Positions 11,773 to 24,985 of a DNA stretch of 64,000 nucleotides are shown in pieces; position 1 is the stretch's first letter, and every line of letters starts with the position of its first letter. The stretch comes from Octopus vulgaris. Lineage: Eukaryota. Location of the stretch: positions 123,752,001 through 123,816,000 of the forward strand of contig OX597816.1 in the NCBI GenBank assembly GCA_951406725.2, in the 5' to 3' direction. The notes beneath the pieces are model-generated. The model was not told the origin of the DNA, made no database searches, and was given only the letters and a program-made list of their open reading frames with translations. The translations under genes and the position numbers were made by a program.

Positions 11773-12589
11773 ACTACCAATTTTTCATCTTTGATCTCAT
11801 GGTTTGTTTACATCTGGTTTCTTGGATATAAAACGTCATAACAAAATCAGTGCTGGCTATAATTTCTTTAGAGAATCTGTAGAGATAACCATAATGAGTC
11901 AGATTGCTTTCTCTCAAAAAATGTAATGCTTTGTTTTTCACATTGTTTTGAATCAGTCATGCATATTCTTGTGGCTTTGAGATTTTGATAATACGATTGT
12001 TTATTTCAAGAATGACATTGTAGGTTAGTTGTTAGATCTGGTCAATTTTAACATAAAACAGATAGAACACTTGAGCCAGATATGCCTGGTTTAAATGCCT
12101 AAGAGTTGAATAAGGAAAGCCACATTAGGTAATGTAGGCCTGAAAGCTTGTAAAATTGTGTTACACAGTGTTATTGATAAGATGAAAGTAATAATTTTGC
12201 ATTAATCCAATAACAGTGAAAACTGGAAATTTCTCAGTTAATTAATATAATTTGTTTTAACAATCACTTGTAAGAGTCAGAGAGCATTCGTTGAAGAAGA
12301 TGTTTTACAGCTGGACACCCTTCCTCTAGCTAGCCTCCACTTATTTTCAAACAAGATAATATATTTCCCTATGGCTGGACATGTTTGCGTTCATTATCAC
12401 CATTGTCAGCGACGGTGGTGGCGTTGGCGTCGGCGTTGGCATCGGCATTGCCATCATCATTATCATTGATTTTGTCATCATTGTCATTTAACCTCTGTTC
12501 TCCGTGCTGGCATGGGTTGGGTGGTTTGATGGGAACTGACCAGCTGAAGGGCTGTTCAGGTTCCCTGTCTGTTTGTAAGCTAAAACCAA

Positions 12590-13247
12590 GGCTTAGTGTT
12601 TAGGGTGTTCGGCTCATGAATGTAAGGTCATGAATTCAGTTTCCAGCTGTGCATTGTGGCCTTGAGCAAGAACTTTATTTCACATTGCTCCAGTATACTC
12701 AGCAGGCAAAAATGAGTAGTACCTGTATTTCAAAGGTCCAGTCTTGTCACATTCTGTTCATGCTAAATCTACATGGGTACTATATTAAGGGTACACATGT
12801 CTGTTGAGTGCTCCACTACTTGCATGTTAATTTCACAAGCAGGCTGTTCCATTGATCAGATCAGATGGCACCCTCAATGTTGTAACTGACAGACTGCCAA
12901 TTTTTAATTTGAAGACAAGCAGAAACAACACACACACACACATACATACAACAACAACAACACACACATAAAATAATGAAGGTGGCTAGATGCAATTCAA
13001 AACCAAAAAGGAAATAATTCACAGTCACTGAAATGTGATAAAGGGTACAGGGAGCACCAGCATTGCTAGAAATAAGAATCAAAGAACCCTTTAGACACCA
13101 AAGCACATTTTCTATTTGTTGACAAGAGAGAAAACTCCCCCTATAATTGAGGTGGAGAGGTTATCTCCCCTCACAGTAAATAGAAAATGTGCTTTTGTGG
13201 CTAAATAGTTCTTTGACTCTTATTTCTAGCAATGCTAGTGCTTCCTG
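12590..13247 (+). repeat. Copy 1 of ~660-bp local duplication (family C SINE + spacer + fold-back)
   Basis: Near-identical, colinear with 16417-17073. Confidence 0.9.
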
Positions 13248-13351
13248 TGTCAGTAGCAGTAGCAGCAGTCACAGTGGTGGTGGCAACAATGTTGTCCCTG
13301 TTGGCAGAGCTGTTATTGTTGACGGCAGCGGTGACTACAACAGTGCCATTG

Positions 13352-13396
<45 letters not shown>

Positions 13397-13562
13397 CTAT
13401 CATCATTATTATTTAACATCTATTTGCCCATTTTCCATGCTGGTACGTGCTAGACAGTTTGACAAGGTTTGACAAACTGCACAGCTGTGACCGACCCCAC
13501 TACTCATTCATTACTATTCCCTGATGTCTTCACAAGATAATACAAACACATACACAGATGCA

Positions 13563-13603
<41 letters not shown>

Positions 13604-13903
13604 CTATCTATATATCTATCTATTTACCTATCTACCTATCTATCTATACATATATGTGTATGTGAGTGTGTGTATGTGTATACACACACACATGTATATA
13701 CATATACATATATATATATATATAAATGCATATATATGCAGGTATATATATGTATATATGTATTTATATCTGTCTATTTACCCATCTCTCTCTCTCTATA
13801 TATATATATATAAATCTATCTATATATATATATATACACACACACATACACACATACATATACACACACATATGCATACATATACACGCACATGCATGCA
13901 CAC

Positions 13904-13934
<31 letters not shown>

Positions 13935-14026
13935 TGTAGACAAGCTTCTTTCAATTTTCAAACAACTTCATATCTGCTAGTTTAGTATCCCTGGTATCTA
14001 ACGTTGAAATCTGGACAGTCACTAAG

Positions 14027-14057
<31 letters not shown>

Positions 14058-14619
14058 TCTTGATGTATTTTTGACCTTGAGATGGATTTTACTTCAGTGA
14101 TATTTCAAGTAGAATTGGAAATACCAAAGTCTACTTACTAACCATTGTTTATTTTGGACAATTTCGGTCCAACTACAATACAGTAAAATGAAAGTAAATA
14201 GCTATCTAGAAAGGTTAGACAACAGTGTTAGTAATGCTTTATTGTACTGGAAATACTGGACAGCTTTCAGCTAAAATCAATTGGAATCAGTGGGAATCTA
14301 AAATAGAACCTCAAACACTGTCATTTGAAAAAAATAAATAAAAAAATAAATGAATAAAATCAATTATTTCATTGTTACTTATTTTGTTCAGTTCATTTAA
14401 CTTTTGATCAAAATAGTAAATTGCATTGAGTATGCACATATATCTACATACACAGTTTTTACATGTGATCTTAGTATTATCTGTTTCTTCATGTCCAAAT
14501 ATATTAACAACTTTTCCTATTCATCTGACCCATTTAAGCACACATTCTCTGCTTTTATATCTTTCAAACATAACCATTATATTGTTTGCTTGCCTAACCT
14601 ATAGTAGTACTTGAGAAGC

Positions 14620-15110
<491 letters not shown>

Positions 15111-15326
15111 TCTTTGAATTTCTGTCATCACAGACAGAGTTCCATGATCAAGAAGTTCACCCTCACAACCACCTCATCCCATGACTCATCTCACTGCACA
15201 AAATAGCTTGAACAAATGTCCTCTACTGTAGCCTTGGGTTGACCAGTGCTTGTGTGTTTCTGTGTGGGGCATATCTAATTGTATGTATGGACATCAAAAC
15301 AATGATGACAAAAGTATACATGTGGG

Positions 15327-15370
<44 letters not shown>

Positions 15371-15599
15371 CACATCATCATCATTGTTTTAACATCCATT
15401 TTTCCATGCTTGTATGACTACATATATATCTATATATCTATATCTATATATATACATACACACATACACAGGTGAACATATAAGTGCAAAACAAGGTGGA
15501 AAAATACTGAAGGTAGAGTAATATGCTTTTATTAAAGCTGTAAAATTCTTTTCTACTCTAGGCACAGTATTTTTTTAACATGTAGTTACATGCCTAGAC

Positions 15600-15885
15600 A
15601 TGTGCATATATACGTAAATGATAAACTTCTGGAAAGTCTTACAAATTTTTACAGTTCAAGTGATGGCTTGGATCTATAGTCTTCGAATCAACTTTCTCCT
15701 TTCTGACTTTGAGAAGCCTACTTTCTCAAGATTGGTACTTAGTCTGTTAAATATTCCATTGCCCCAATAATTACAGGTATAAGCCTGAACTTGTAGTCTA
15801 GGGTAGAATAATTGTAGATTTCTCAATAGTTCAGTGTAGGTAATTTCCTTTACACTGATCTTTAGCCTTATGTTAACATCCACTT
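15600..15885 (-). mobile_element. R4/Dong-like (RLE) non-LTR retrotransposon 3' fragment
   Basis: ORF DVNIRLKISVKEITYTELLRNLQ...NLEKVGFSKSERRKLIRRL, related to the C-terminus of the element at 35880-37960. Confidence 0.65.
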
Positions 15886-16416
15886 GATGTATGTATCATC
15901 ATCATCATCTTTTAACGTCTGTTTTCCATGCTGGCATGTATATATGTATGCATGTCATCATCATCCAGTGTTTTAAATCCTTTTTTTCCCACATTAATGA
16001 GGTTGGCCAGATCTACCTCAAAGCCATAGCAACTGATGTAGGCAGGTACAACCCACCCCAACCTTTGCTATCATGAGGCTTTTTTGAAGCTGGGTTTTTT
16101 ATGGGGAGCATGCCCTTGCTTTACCCAAGCATAGTTTCTACACATGAGTGGTCCTGAGATCAAGGCCTCTACAACGATTTTTAAGAAATGTGGTGGAAAA
16201 ATAGCTCAGGAAGGCAGGGACATTACTCCCTGAGACTCTTTTTGGAGCCCCCTACCTATTATGTCTTGCAGTTGATACAATCATTACAATCCCTTACTCA
16301 GTTTTAGGGACAATAATTTGATTCATCTCCTCTCACACCCAACTGTCAAACTACATTTTATTTCCCTGTAGGATATAAAGAATGGCTGCCCAAGCTACGT
16401 TAACGTAAAAATACCT

Positions 16417-17107
16417 GGCTTAGTGTTTAGGGTGTTCAGCTCATGAATGTAAGGTCATGAATTCGGTTTCCAGCTGTGCATCAAGGCCTTGAGCAAGACA
16501 CTTTATTTCACATTGCGCCAGTATACACAGCAGGCAAAAATGAGTGGTACTTGTATTTCAAAGAGCCAGTCTTATCACATTCTGTTTATGCTAAATCTAC
16601 ATGGGTACTATATTAAGGGTACACATGTCTGTTGAATGCTCCACTACTTGCATGTTAATTTCACAAGCAGGCTGTTCCATTGATCAGATCAGCTGGCACC
16701 ATCAATGTTGTAACTGATAGACTGCCAATTTTTAATTTGAAGACAAGCAGAAAAAACACACACACATACATGCAACAACAACAACACAAACATAAAATAA
16801 TGAAGGTGGCTATATGCAATTCAAAACCAAAAAAGGAAATAATTCACAGTCACTAAAATGTGATAAAAGGTGCAGGGAGCACCAGAATTGCTAGAAATAA
16901 GAATCAAAGAACTCTTTAGACACCAAAGCACATTTTCTATTTGCTGACAAGAGAGAAAACTGCCCCCTATAATTGAGGTGGAGAGGTTATCTCCCCTCTC
17001 AGTAAATAGAAAATGTGCTTTTGTGGCTAAAACGTTCCTTGGCTCTTATTTCTAGCAATGCTGGTGCTTCCTGCACCCTTCATCAAGTTTTAGTGACAGT
17101 GAATTAT
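16417..17107 (+). repeat. Copy 2 of local duplication, including a complete ~270-bp fold-back (16839-17107)
   Basis: Arms ATAATTCACAGTCACTAAAA ... TTTTAGTGACAGTGAATTAT pair almost to the centre (~16970). Confidence 0.9.
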
Positions 17108-17130
17108 ATATATATAGATATATAAAGCAA

Positions 17131-17455
17131 GTGAAGGCTCATGACTCAGTGGTTAGAGCTTTAAGGTTGTGAGTTCAAATCCCAGACCGGGCTGCGTGTT
17201 GTGTTCTTGAACAAGACACTTTATTTCACGTTGTTCCAGTTCACTCAGCTGTAGAAATAAGTTGCGACATCACAGGTGCCAAGCTGTTTTGGCCTTTGCC
17301 TTTCCCTCAGATAACAGTGGTGGAGTGGAGAGAGAAGGCCGGTATGCATGGGCGACTGCTGGTCTTCCATAAACAACCTTGCCCAGACTTGTGCCTGAGA
17401 GGGTAACTTCCTAGGTGCAATCCCATGGTCAATCATGAGTAAAGGGAGTCTCAGC
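17131..17455 (+). mobile_element. tRNA-derived SINE (family B) with TSD
   Basis: GTGAAGGCTCATGACTCAGTGGTTAG A box, GAGTTCAAATCC B box; TSD ATATAAAGCAA at 17120-17130 and 17456-17466. Confidence 0.9.
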
Positions 17456-17635
17456 ATATAAAGCAAATAAGTAACAAGGATGTCTAGATATCCTGGGCCT
17501 CTTTGTTACTTATTTGCTTTTTGTTCACCTTACTCCAAGGTGTGTGGATAATACCGAACTAATTTGGTACTTCAACTTAAGTACCTAATTCAACTGAATC
17601 TTAATTAAATATATATACACACACACACACACATA

Positions 17636-17997
17636 CAGAGGCATGCAGGAAGTAAATAGACACCTTTAATTTTCAAAATCTTCTATTTAATACGCAAAGC
17701 AAACAACTGAAATGTATGCAGGACTACATACTTTAGTATTTAGTTGACATTCCCTTTGCAGTTTTTAATTCAGAAACTCTTTTTGGCATTAAACTGATGA
17801 GCTTTGTGATTGTCTCTTGTGGAATTTCTGCCCACTTTTCATGCAACAATCGAAACAATTCATCTTTAGATTTAGGTTTCTGTCAAGTTTTTTGTATAGC
17901 TCTATCTAGTATGCTCCAAAGATTTTCAATTGGGTTCATGTCAGGAGACTGGCTTGGTCAAGGAAGCTTTTTGATCCCATTTTCAGTCAGCCATTGT
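17636..17997 (-). mobile_element. Tc1-like (DD34E) transposon 3' end
   Basis: - strand PSQSPDMNPIENLWSILDRAI...SLMPKRV...KGMSTKY*; TA|CAG terminus. Confidence 0.85.
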
Positions 17998-18019
17998 TAA
18001 TTCCTTGTTGCTGTGTGGT

Positions 18020-18255
18020 ATGGAGCCCCATTCATTATAGTCCACCAAGCAGTAACTGAGGAATTCAAGACAGGCTGCTCCTGGGAGCTCCTCTGTGCTG
18101 ATGACCTCGCTCTAATAGCTGAGTCACTGCCAGAACTAGAGACGAAGTTTAGGGTGTGGAAGTAAGGTCTAGAAAGGAGGGTCTTTGGGGTTAACGTAGC
18201 AAAAACCAAAGTCTTAGTAAGTAGGAAGGTTGTCAAATCACAAACCCTTTCACTC
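18020..18255 (+). mobile_element. RTE LINE reverse-transcriptase fragment
   Basis: QAVTEEFKTGCSWELLCADDLALIAES (YADD box). Confidence 0.85.
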
Positions 18256-18519
18256 TGTTACTTCTATTAAATATTACTAAAAACATACATATACTTGTAC
18301 TTTGAGTTCTATTTTTCTTGTTTGCACCAACAGGCCAATGTATATATATGTGTAAAATGGAGTAGGTGTAACATATTTTACCATTACTATTATTGCTTAA
18401 AGTTTCATAGACTTCTTACTGAAACCTATCTCATTCAGTGTTATTCTAACTAAATTTGGTTAACAGACCCTGAATGAGCTATGTTTCTATAAGAAGCCTA
18501 TAAATCAAGCAGTTCCAAA

Positions 18520-19070
18520 TAATAATAATAATAATAATAAATATAATATGCAGTACCAGGCAGTGGCTCTCATGGCTTTTGATCTTAACTGATTGGAAGT
18601 GTTATATACATTGTTTTGCCTTGATATAAAAGATGGGCTACAGCAAATATTCTGCTCAATACCACAGATTTGCTTGTCAGTTGTTTGACCTTAACTCATG
18701 GTGACTGATAATATGTGCATCTCTGATCATGAGCAGAAGTAGAGGAATTCTTTGGAGTTTGAATAATTCACCCCTGGAAGCACTGGTGTTTCATTCAACA
18801 TCCTTAAACGACCCTTATTCAGCAACCTTTTGAGTAGGATAGGCTACTTGACCCGAGGAAAATTCTAACTGGGCCCCAAATGCAAGGTCATGTGCTGTTT
18901 ATCTAGATATGAGATCACTATGTTGTGCACATATGACTGTGATGCATGTGCCTGGTGTACCTTATCAGGTGGGTAGTCATGATGGGTATACTGTGTTTCA
19001 TATATTTTACCCCAGTGTCACTTTGAAGTCATGCACTGCTCTCTCACTCAGTGATAGCAATAATAATAAG
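18520..19070. repeat. Interspersed repeat bounded by (AAT)n runs
   Basis: Higher-complexity block between AAT arrays; single copy in this window, family not identified. Confidence 0.4.
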
Positions 19071-19459
19071 AATTCATGGAATATAGAATATATGCAAACA
19101 TATACATACACAAGCATACATAAACACAAAGAAATTTACATAGTTGTAGTAATAGTTGTGTAAAATTTAGACAAAGAGAGTGTTTGATACCAAGGTAAAA
19201 GAATGTAAACAGTTTCAACTTAAAATACACGCATTTGTAAATATTCACATATCATTATATTGAATAACTCTTCTATAAATTCCATGGTTTTCTTTCAAGT
19301 ATAGAATATTGGTGTCTCCAACAAGATTAACATGTAGTCATATAGCAGTAGGAAAGCTTTTGAACAGATCTAGTCGCTGCTATTAATGTATATATATATA
19401 TATATATATATAAGGATATTATTGTATTATTGTTTACAATAATATCAAGTATATATATG

Positions 19460-19509
<50 letters not shown>

Positions 19510-19512
<3 letters not shown>

Positions 19513-19741
19513 TTTATCTTCCATCTTTTATCTTTCACTTGTTTCAGCCATTAGATTATAACCATGCTGGGACACTTCCTTGAAGAACTTTAGTCAGACG
19601 AATTGACCTCAGAATTTATTTTATTCTAAGACTAGTACTTACTCTATTGGTCTCTTTTACCAAAACACTAAGTTACATGGTCCTAAACACACCAACACCA
19701 TTTGTCCAGCAGTGGTGGAGGACAATCACAAGACACAATCA

Positions 19742-19835
<94 letters not shown>
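19510..19835 (-). mobile_element. CORE-like SINE 3' half plus long (CA)n
   Basis: CTTGTTTCAGCCATT..CCATGCTGG tail (reverse complement) followed by a ~90-bp (CA)n run. Confidence 0.75.
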
Positions 19836-19836
<1 letters not shown>

Positions 19837-20282
19837 CTTCCTGCCTCTGTGTATGTATATTTCTCTGGGAGTGAATCATAAATTTTGATGTACTTGATAT
19901 GTGTGAATACATGTTTGTATGCATTTTATATAGACATATATACACACATATGTGTCTATAACAAGAAAAATGTTCTGTCTCATTTTTAATCCTTTATCTC
20001 CTGGAATAATGCCTCACCACTCTCCTTGAGGTTCATAGTTCGCAAGTGCAGCCACCTGGCTTGCCAGTCCTCAGTAAAAACCGTCCAACCCATGCCAGCA
20101 TGGAAAGTGGACGTTAAATGATGATGATGATGATATATAGATAGATAGATAAATAGATATGTGTGTGTGTGTGTGTGTGTGTACATATGTATATCATATA
20201 TAATATACATTTCATATATATATCATCAACATCATCATCCTTTAATGTGTTTTTCATACTGGCATGGGTTGGGTATACACAT

Positions 20283-20450
20283 ATGTGTGTATGTGTGTGC
20301 GTGTGTGTGTGTGTGTTTTTACTATACATACATAGATGCATATTTACTCACGGTGATGATGATGATGTATGTGTGCGTGTGTGTGTGTGTTTTTACTATA
20401 CATACATAGATGCATATTTACTCACGATGATGATGATGATGTATGTGTGT
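20283..20450. repeat. Two-copy ~78-bp tandem duplication
   Basis: TTTTTACTATACATACATAGATGCATATTTACTCACG occurs twice in tandem. Confidence 0.85.
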
Positions 20451-20459
20451 GGGAGGTGG

Positions 20460-22560
20460 GACTGCTTCCATAGCTTCACAACCCCAACTTCTATTGCCTG
20501 TTATTCTCTGACTCTACAGCCAACCAACAAAGTCTCATGTGTTCTACTTCCCACCAACTCATTTCTTCCTCTTTCTTCCTCACCCATCATCAATTTTCAT
20601 GCCCCTGTCAAATATTTCTTTATCAAAATACACAAACCTGACAACCCAGACTCTCCATTGTCTTAGTCTTCCATAACCCAACCAAACTCATCAAAAAGCC
20701 TTGACTTCATCCTGTCACCTCTCTGCTTCTCCAAACAATGCGTCCTGACTCTAATTCACCTTACCTATAAACTCCCTTCTATAGACTGTCATTTCTCACA
20801 ATGACAACTTTCTTACTTTACAACATTTTCTCAACTAATTTAATGCACTTCATTCTATTGCTTCCATTCTCTTCTGTTCAGCCAAGCATGTACTCATTTT
20901 TAACTGCTTATCATCTGCTGTAGACCTATACCAACTTGAGTGCCTACTGGTGCTATAATGGACCTCACTCATGACAGTCTATTTCATTGCATGTGCTTGT
21001 TGAGGCCCAGATTTTTTTTCTCACAGATCACCAACCCCAACCCATAACAGAGGTAGCAGTTACATAAACGTCTGTATTGAGACCACTTTCCTACTTCACA
21101 TCTCAGCTTCATTACTTTCTTCAACTCATTTCACACCTCCTTAGAATTCTCTTCCACACCATAGTTAACTTTCTTGACATCTCTATTACAATCCATCTCT
21201 CCTCTCTCTTCCCCAGTATTTCCAGCTTTAATAAACCTATTGATTTTCATTGGTTCTTCTTCTCCAACATATCACGCGCACACGCATGCACACACACACA
21301 CACCAAACATTCCATAACCCTGTTCCCATTCTAATTTCTTTTCCTTCACCATTTCTGTAGCTGTGGCTTTGATTTTGATTTTGAGAGACAATTCATGATT
21401 TTGAGAGAAATATCTTCACAAAATGCAGGTATCTTTCACTTTGCTTCCAGTGGTCCTCACTTGCATCTGTAAAATCACCTGCATCTCCAGTCTCTTCTCT
21501 CATGCCAATTCTGTCTACAACTTGTTTTTTTCTCACCTAGTGTTGGACCCTCTTGTTGGTTTCTATGTATGAGCATCCAGTTATTTGATAAAGTGGATAA
21601 CCTACTCAATAAAGGTAAGGAGTGGTTAATACTCCAAAGACATGTATACCCACAAACTAATTTCCAGGTAGAATCAGTGGGATATCCCTGAGGTAAGGCT
21701 AGACCTTTTAATCACAGGTACAATGTACAATTGAGCCAACACTTTTCCTCTACCATAATTCTCTCACAAGATCATGGTAAATGCATTTGCCCAAGATGTC
21801 ACATTGTAGGACTGAACTAAGGATCTCATGATTGTGAATCCCCTTGCATCCACTCCTACATACTACACCCCCAGTGCTCTATCATACAAGCAGTCCAAAT
21901 CATCTAATCTAACCCCATTACTTTCCACTTCTTCCTCAATCTATCTCACCTTCATTAAGTGTGCCTTTTATCAATGTGAGCTACTTGTAATGTGGTAAGC
22001 TGGCAGAAACGTTAGCTTGCCGGGCGAAATGCTTAGCAGTATTTCGTATGTCTTTACGTTCTGAGTTCAAATTCTGCCAAAGTTGACTTTGCCTTTCATC
22101 CTTTCAGGGTCGATAAATTAAGTACCAGTTGTGTACTGAGGTCGATCTAATCGACTGGCATCCTTCCCAAAATTTTCGGGCCTTGTGCCTAGAGTAGAAA
22201 AGAATGTGAGCTACTTGCCCATAGTTTCATCTCTATTTTCCATACCCTTTCTAAAAATCACCTTTTCTCTTTTTAACACCACAGTTAACCATTATCATCA
22301 ATCAGCCCTTCCTCACTCTCAGAGCTCATATTCTGACTGCCCTTTCTGCTGCAGTGCTACCCTCTGCACCAGACCTACTTACTACTCTTCCCTTTTAATC
22401 GATTCCATTATCTTCATCTCTCTCAGGAACTCATTTCTATTCCTCGTAGACACAGCCACATCACAGTATAGTTTTAACACACACTACAACCTCTTTCACT
22501 CCCACAAAACCTCCATAAATGCATCAATCACAACAGCCTTAAGCCAATCACAATACGCAA
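20460..22560 (+). mobile_element. Decayed Penelope-like element (reverse transcriptase region)
   Basis: Ordered relic motifs KIHKPDNP (cf. PKIHKP.NPGRPIVS), VNFLDISITI, KP.D.H, and SIP.S.F....CS-like; many frameshifts and insertions. Confidence 0.7.
21988..22202 (+). mobile_element. Meta-like tRNA SINE with 15-bp TSD
   Basis: TSD AATGTGAGCTACTTG at 21973-21987 and 22203-22217; well-preserved, CpG-retaining copy. Confidence 0.92.
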
Positions 22561-23154
22561 GTACATGGCAAACACATGCATGTACACTCAAATATGTGTT
22601 TATGTCTATGTGTGTGTGAGCATTTGCGTATGCATTTATGTGCGCACATTTTGAAAATAACATGCAAATAAAACACTTTACAAACAATACACACACATTT
22701 ACACATACATTTGTCACGATTAAAAACCCATAGCAGTGAGTCCATATACATAGTGGATTTTCACTTGCACTTAAGTAAAATTATTTATGCACATGCTCAT
22801 ACACATAATTTCTATGCTGTTACCTCCCTTGTTGCTTTTTTGTGAATGGAAACTCATTCCTTCTAACATACATCTAATCATTTGAACTCACTCCATCATT
22901 TCCAACAAAACTTGATAAAGAATGTAAAGTTTTTTGTTACTTCTATATCTTTTCCATATTCCATACTTCTTCCTTTTCTTCACCACCTAATTATCTAAAA
23001 CACGTCTACTTTCTTAATATGTCATTAAGTGTTAATATTACAATTACACTTGTTTTTACTTTGTTTTCTGTGTTATTATTTTAGCAATTAATTTTGCAAA
23101 AAATTATCTAGCTATCTGTCTGAGTGTCTGTCTGTCTCCCTCTCTCTCTCTTTC

Positions 23155-23201
<47 letters not shown>

Positions 23202-23211
23202 AGATATATAT

Positions 23212-23454
23212 ATTCTTTTACTTGTTTCAGCCATTTGACTGTGGGCATGCTGGAGCACTGCCTTTAGTCAAACAAATTGACCCCAGAACTTATTCTTTGT
23301 TAGCCTAGTACTTATTCTATCAGACTCTATTGCTGAACCGCTAAGTTACAGGGACGTAAACACACCAACATTGGGTATCAAGCGATGGTGGGGGGACAAA
23401 CACATGCACACAAATACATACATACACACATACACATATACACACACACACATC

Positions 23455-23489
<35 letters not shown>

Positions 23490-23645
23490 GCAATGGGCTT
23501 CTTTCAGTTTCCATCTACCAAATCCACTCACACAACCTGGGGCTACAGTAGAAGACTCTTGCCCAAGATACTATGCAGTGCGACTGAACCCGAACTCATG
23601 TGGTTGGGAAGCAAGCTTCTTACCACGCAGCCACTCCTGCACCTA
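23212..23645 (-). mobile_element. CORE-like SINE, full length
   Basis: Reverse complement homologous to 40720-41115, with internal CA/TA microsatellite. Confidence 0.85.
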
Positions 23646-23650
23646 TATAT

Positions 23651-23705
<55 letters not shown>

Positions 23706-24025
23706 TTTTACTTGTTTCAGTCCTAAACAAGTCAAATGCAAGGAAGCAAGTTCCTAACCACACATCGATGTCTGCACCCAAATATATATATATATCATAT
23801 CTATAAAAGGGAGGATGTGTATGTGTGTGTAGGTGATTGTAATTTATGCACGTCCACAAATTAGCATGCATGTCGCTCAAATTTTAGGAGGACATTTGTC
23901 AGCATCCTATCTGGGTTCTTTCAACTTATTTTTACCCCCCGAGGTACCCGTGGGTAGCGTAAATATCTATTTTCAGACAAAGCTTTTAGCCACGAAAAAT
24001 ATTAGCCTCGGCTTTTTTGATGACA

Positions 24026-24610
24026 TCTAACAAAAAAAAAAAAAGATAAAGAAAAGTGGAAGAAGGAGGCAGAGAGTTTCACGGGAAAGACAAAGTGAGA
24101 GAGGGAGACAGAGATTAAATGGCAACGTTCATTAACAGCCTTACCTTGCCAGCGTCTAACAAAAAATTAAGATAAAGAAAAGTGGAAGAAGGAAGCAGAG
24201 AGTTTCACGGGAAAGACAAAGTGAGAGAGGGAGAGACAGAGATCAAATGGCAACGTTCATTAACAGCCTTCTTTTTTGCCAGTGTCTAACAAAAAAAATT
24301 AAGATAAAGAAAAGTGGAAGAAGGAAGCAGAGAGTTTCACGGGAAAGACAAAGTGAGAGAGGGAGAGACAGAGATTAAATGGCAACGTTCATTAACAGCC
24401 TTACCTTTTTTGCCAGTGTCTAACAAAAAAATTAAGATAAAGAAAAGTGGAAGAAGGAAGCAGAGAGTTTCACGGGAAAGACAAAGTGAGAGAGGGAGAG
24501 AGAGAGGGAGAGAGAGAGGGAGAGAGAGAGGGAGAGAGAGAGAGAGGGAGAGAGAGAGGGAGAGAGAGAGGGAGAGAGAGAGAGAGAGACAGAGTAAGTT
24601 ATGACGTTCA
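24026..24610 (+). repeat. ~130-bp tandem array (4 units) inside the Helitron
   Basis: Units start at 24026, 24155, 24285 and 24419 (TCTAACAAAAA..GATAAAGAAAAGTGGAAGAAGG..); unit 4 has an expanded GA tract. Confidence 0.95.
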
Positions 24611-24985
24611 TCTTTATATATAAAAGTGAGGTTGTGTGCTGTCTGTCTCCTACAATTTGGATTTCTAACTACTCCCACATTTTGCGGGTATCTTATAGTT
24701 GTGATTCATATCGAGCCCTTCTGGGTATTAGCGCGTGTCTACGATGAGTCTACGATTTAAAAAAAATTTACCATCAATTTTTCCCATTTTTAATGCATTT
24801 TGGCATATATAAGGGAAGTAACTCTCTAAAAATTTATTATTAAATCTCAGAACGTAAAAAGCTACAGTAACATCCCTCCCTTTGTGGTTAGCCATATTGA
24901 GATGGCTATTATACTTTACATCTCTAAAAATGCTTATATAGTTATTTCCCTTACAAACCTGAGCAATGCCGGGCAATACTGCTAG
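24611..24985 (+). mobile_element. Non-autonomous Helitron (inner, nested)
   Basis: A|TCTTTATATATAAAAG ... CCTGAGCAATGCCGGG-CAATACTG-CTAG|T; inserted at an AT dinucleotide with no TSD. Confidence 0.85.

Larger units (their letters stand above)
10871..12109. mobile_element. TTAA-type (piggyBac-like) MITE split by a ~1-kb insertion
   Basis: Left end TTAATCCTTTAGCATT, right end AATGCCTAAGAGTTGA; duplicated junction TCAGATTACTCT (10886-10897) / TCAGATTGCTTT (11899-11910). Confidence 0.6.

Noticed and set aside
13201-13453. Poly-Asp / poly-Ser / poly-Ile ORFs
   Set aside because: Products of a (CAT)n retroelement tail and decayed trinucleotide repeats.
24026-24610. Regularly spaced repeats resembling a CRISPR array
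   Set aside because: Units are contiguous ~130-bp tandem copies with no unique spacers, in a eukaryotic Helitron; no cas genes.
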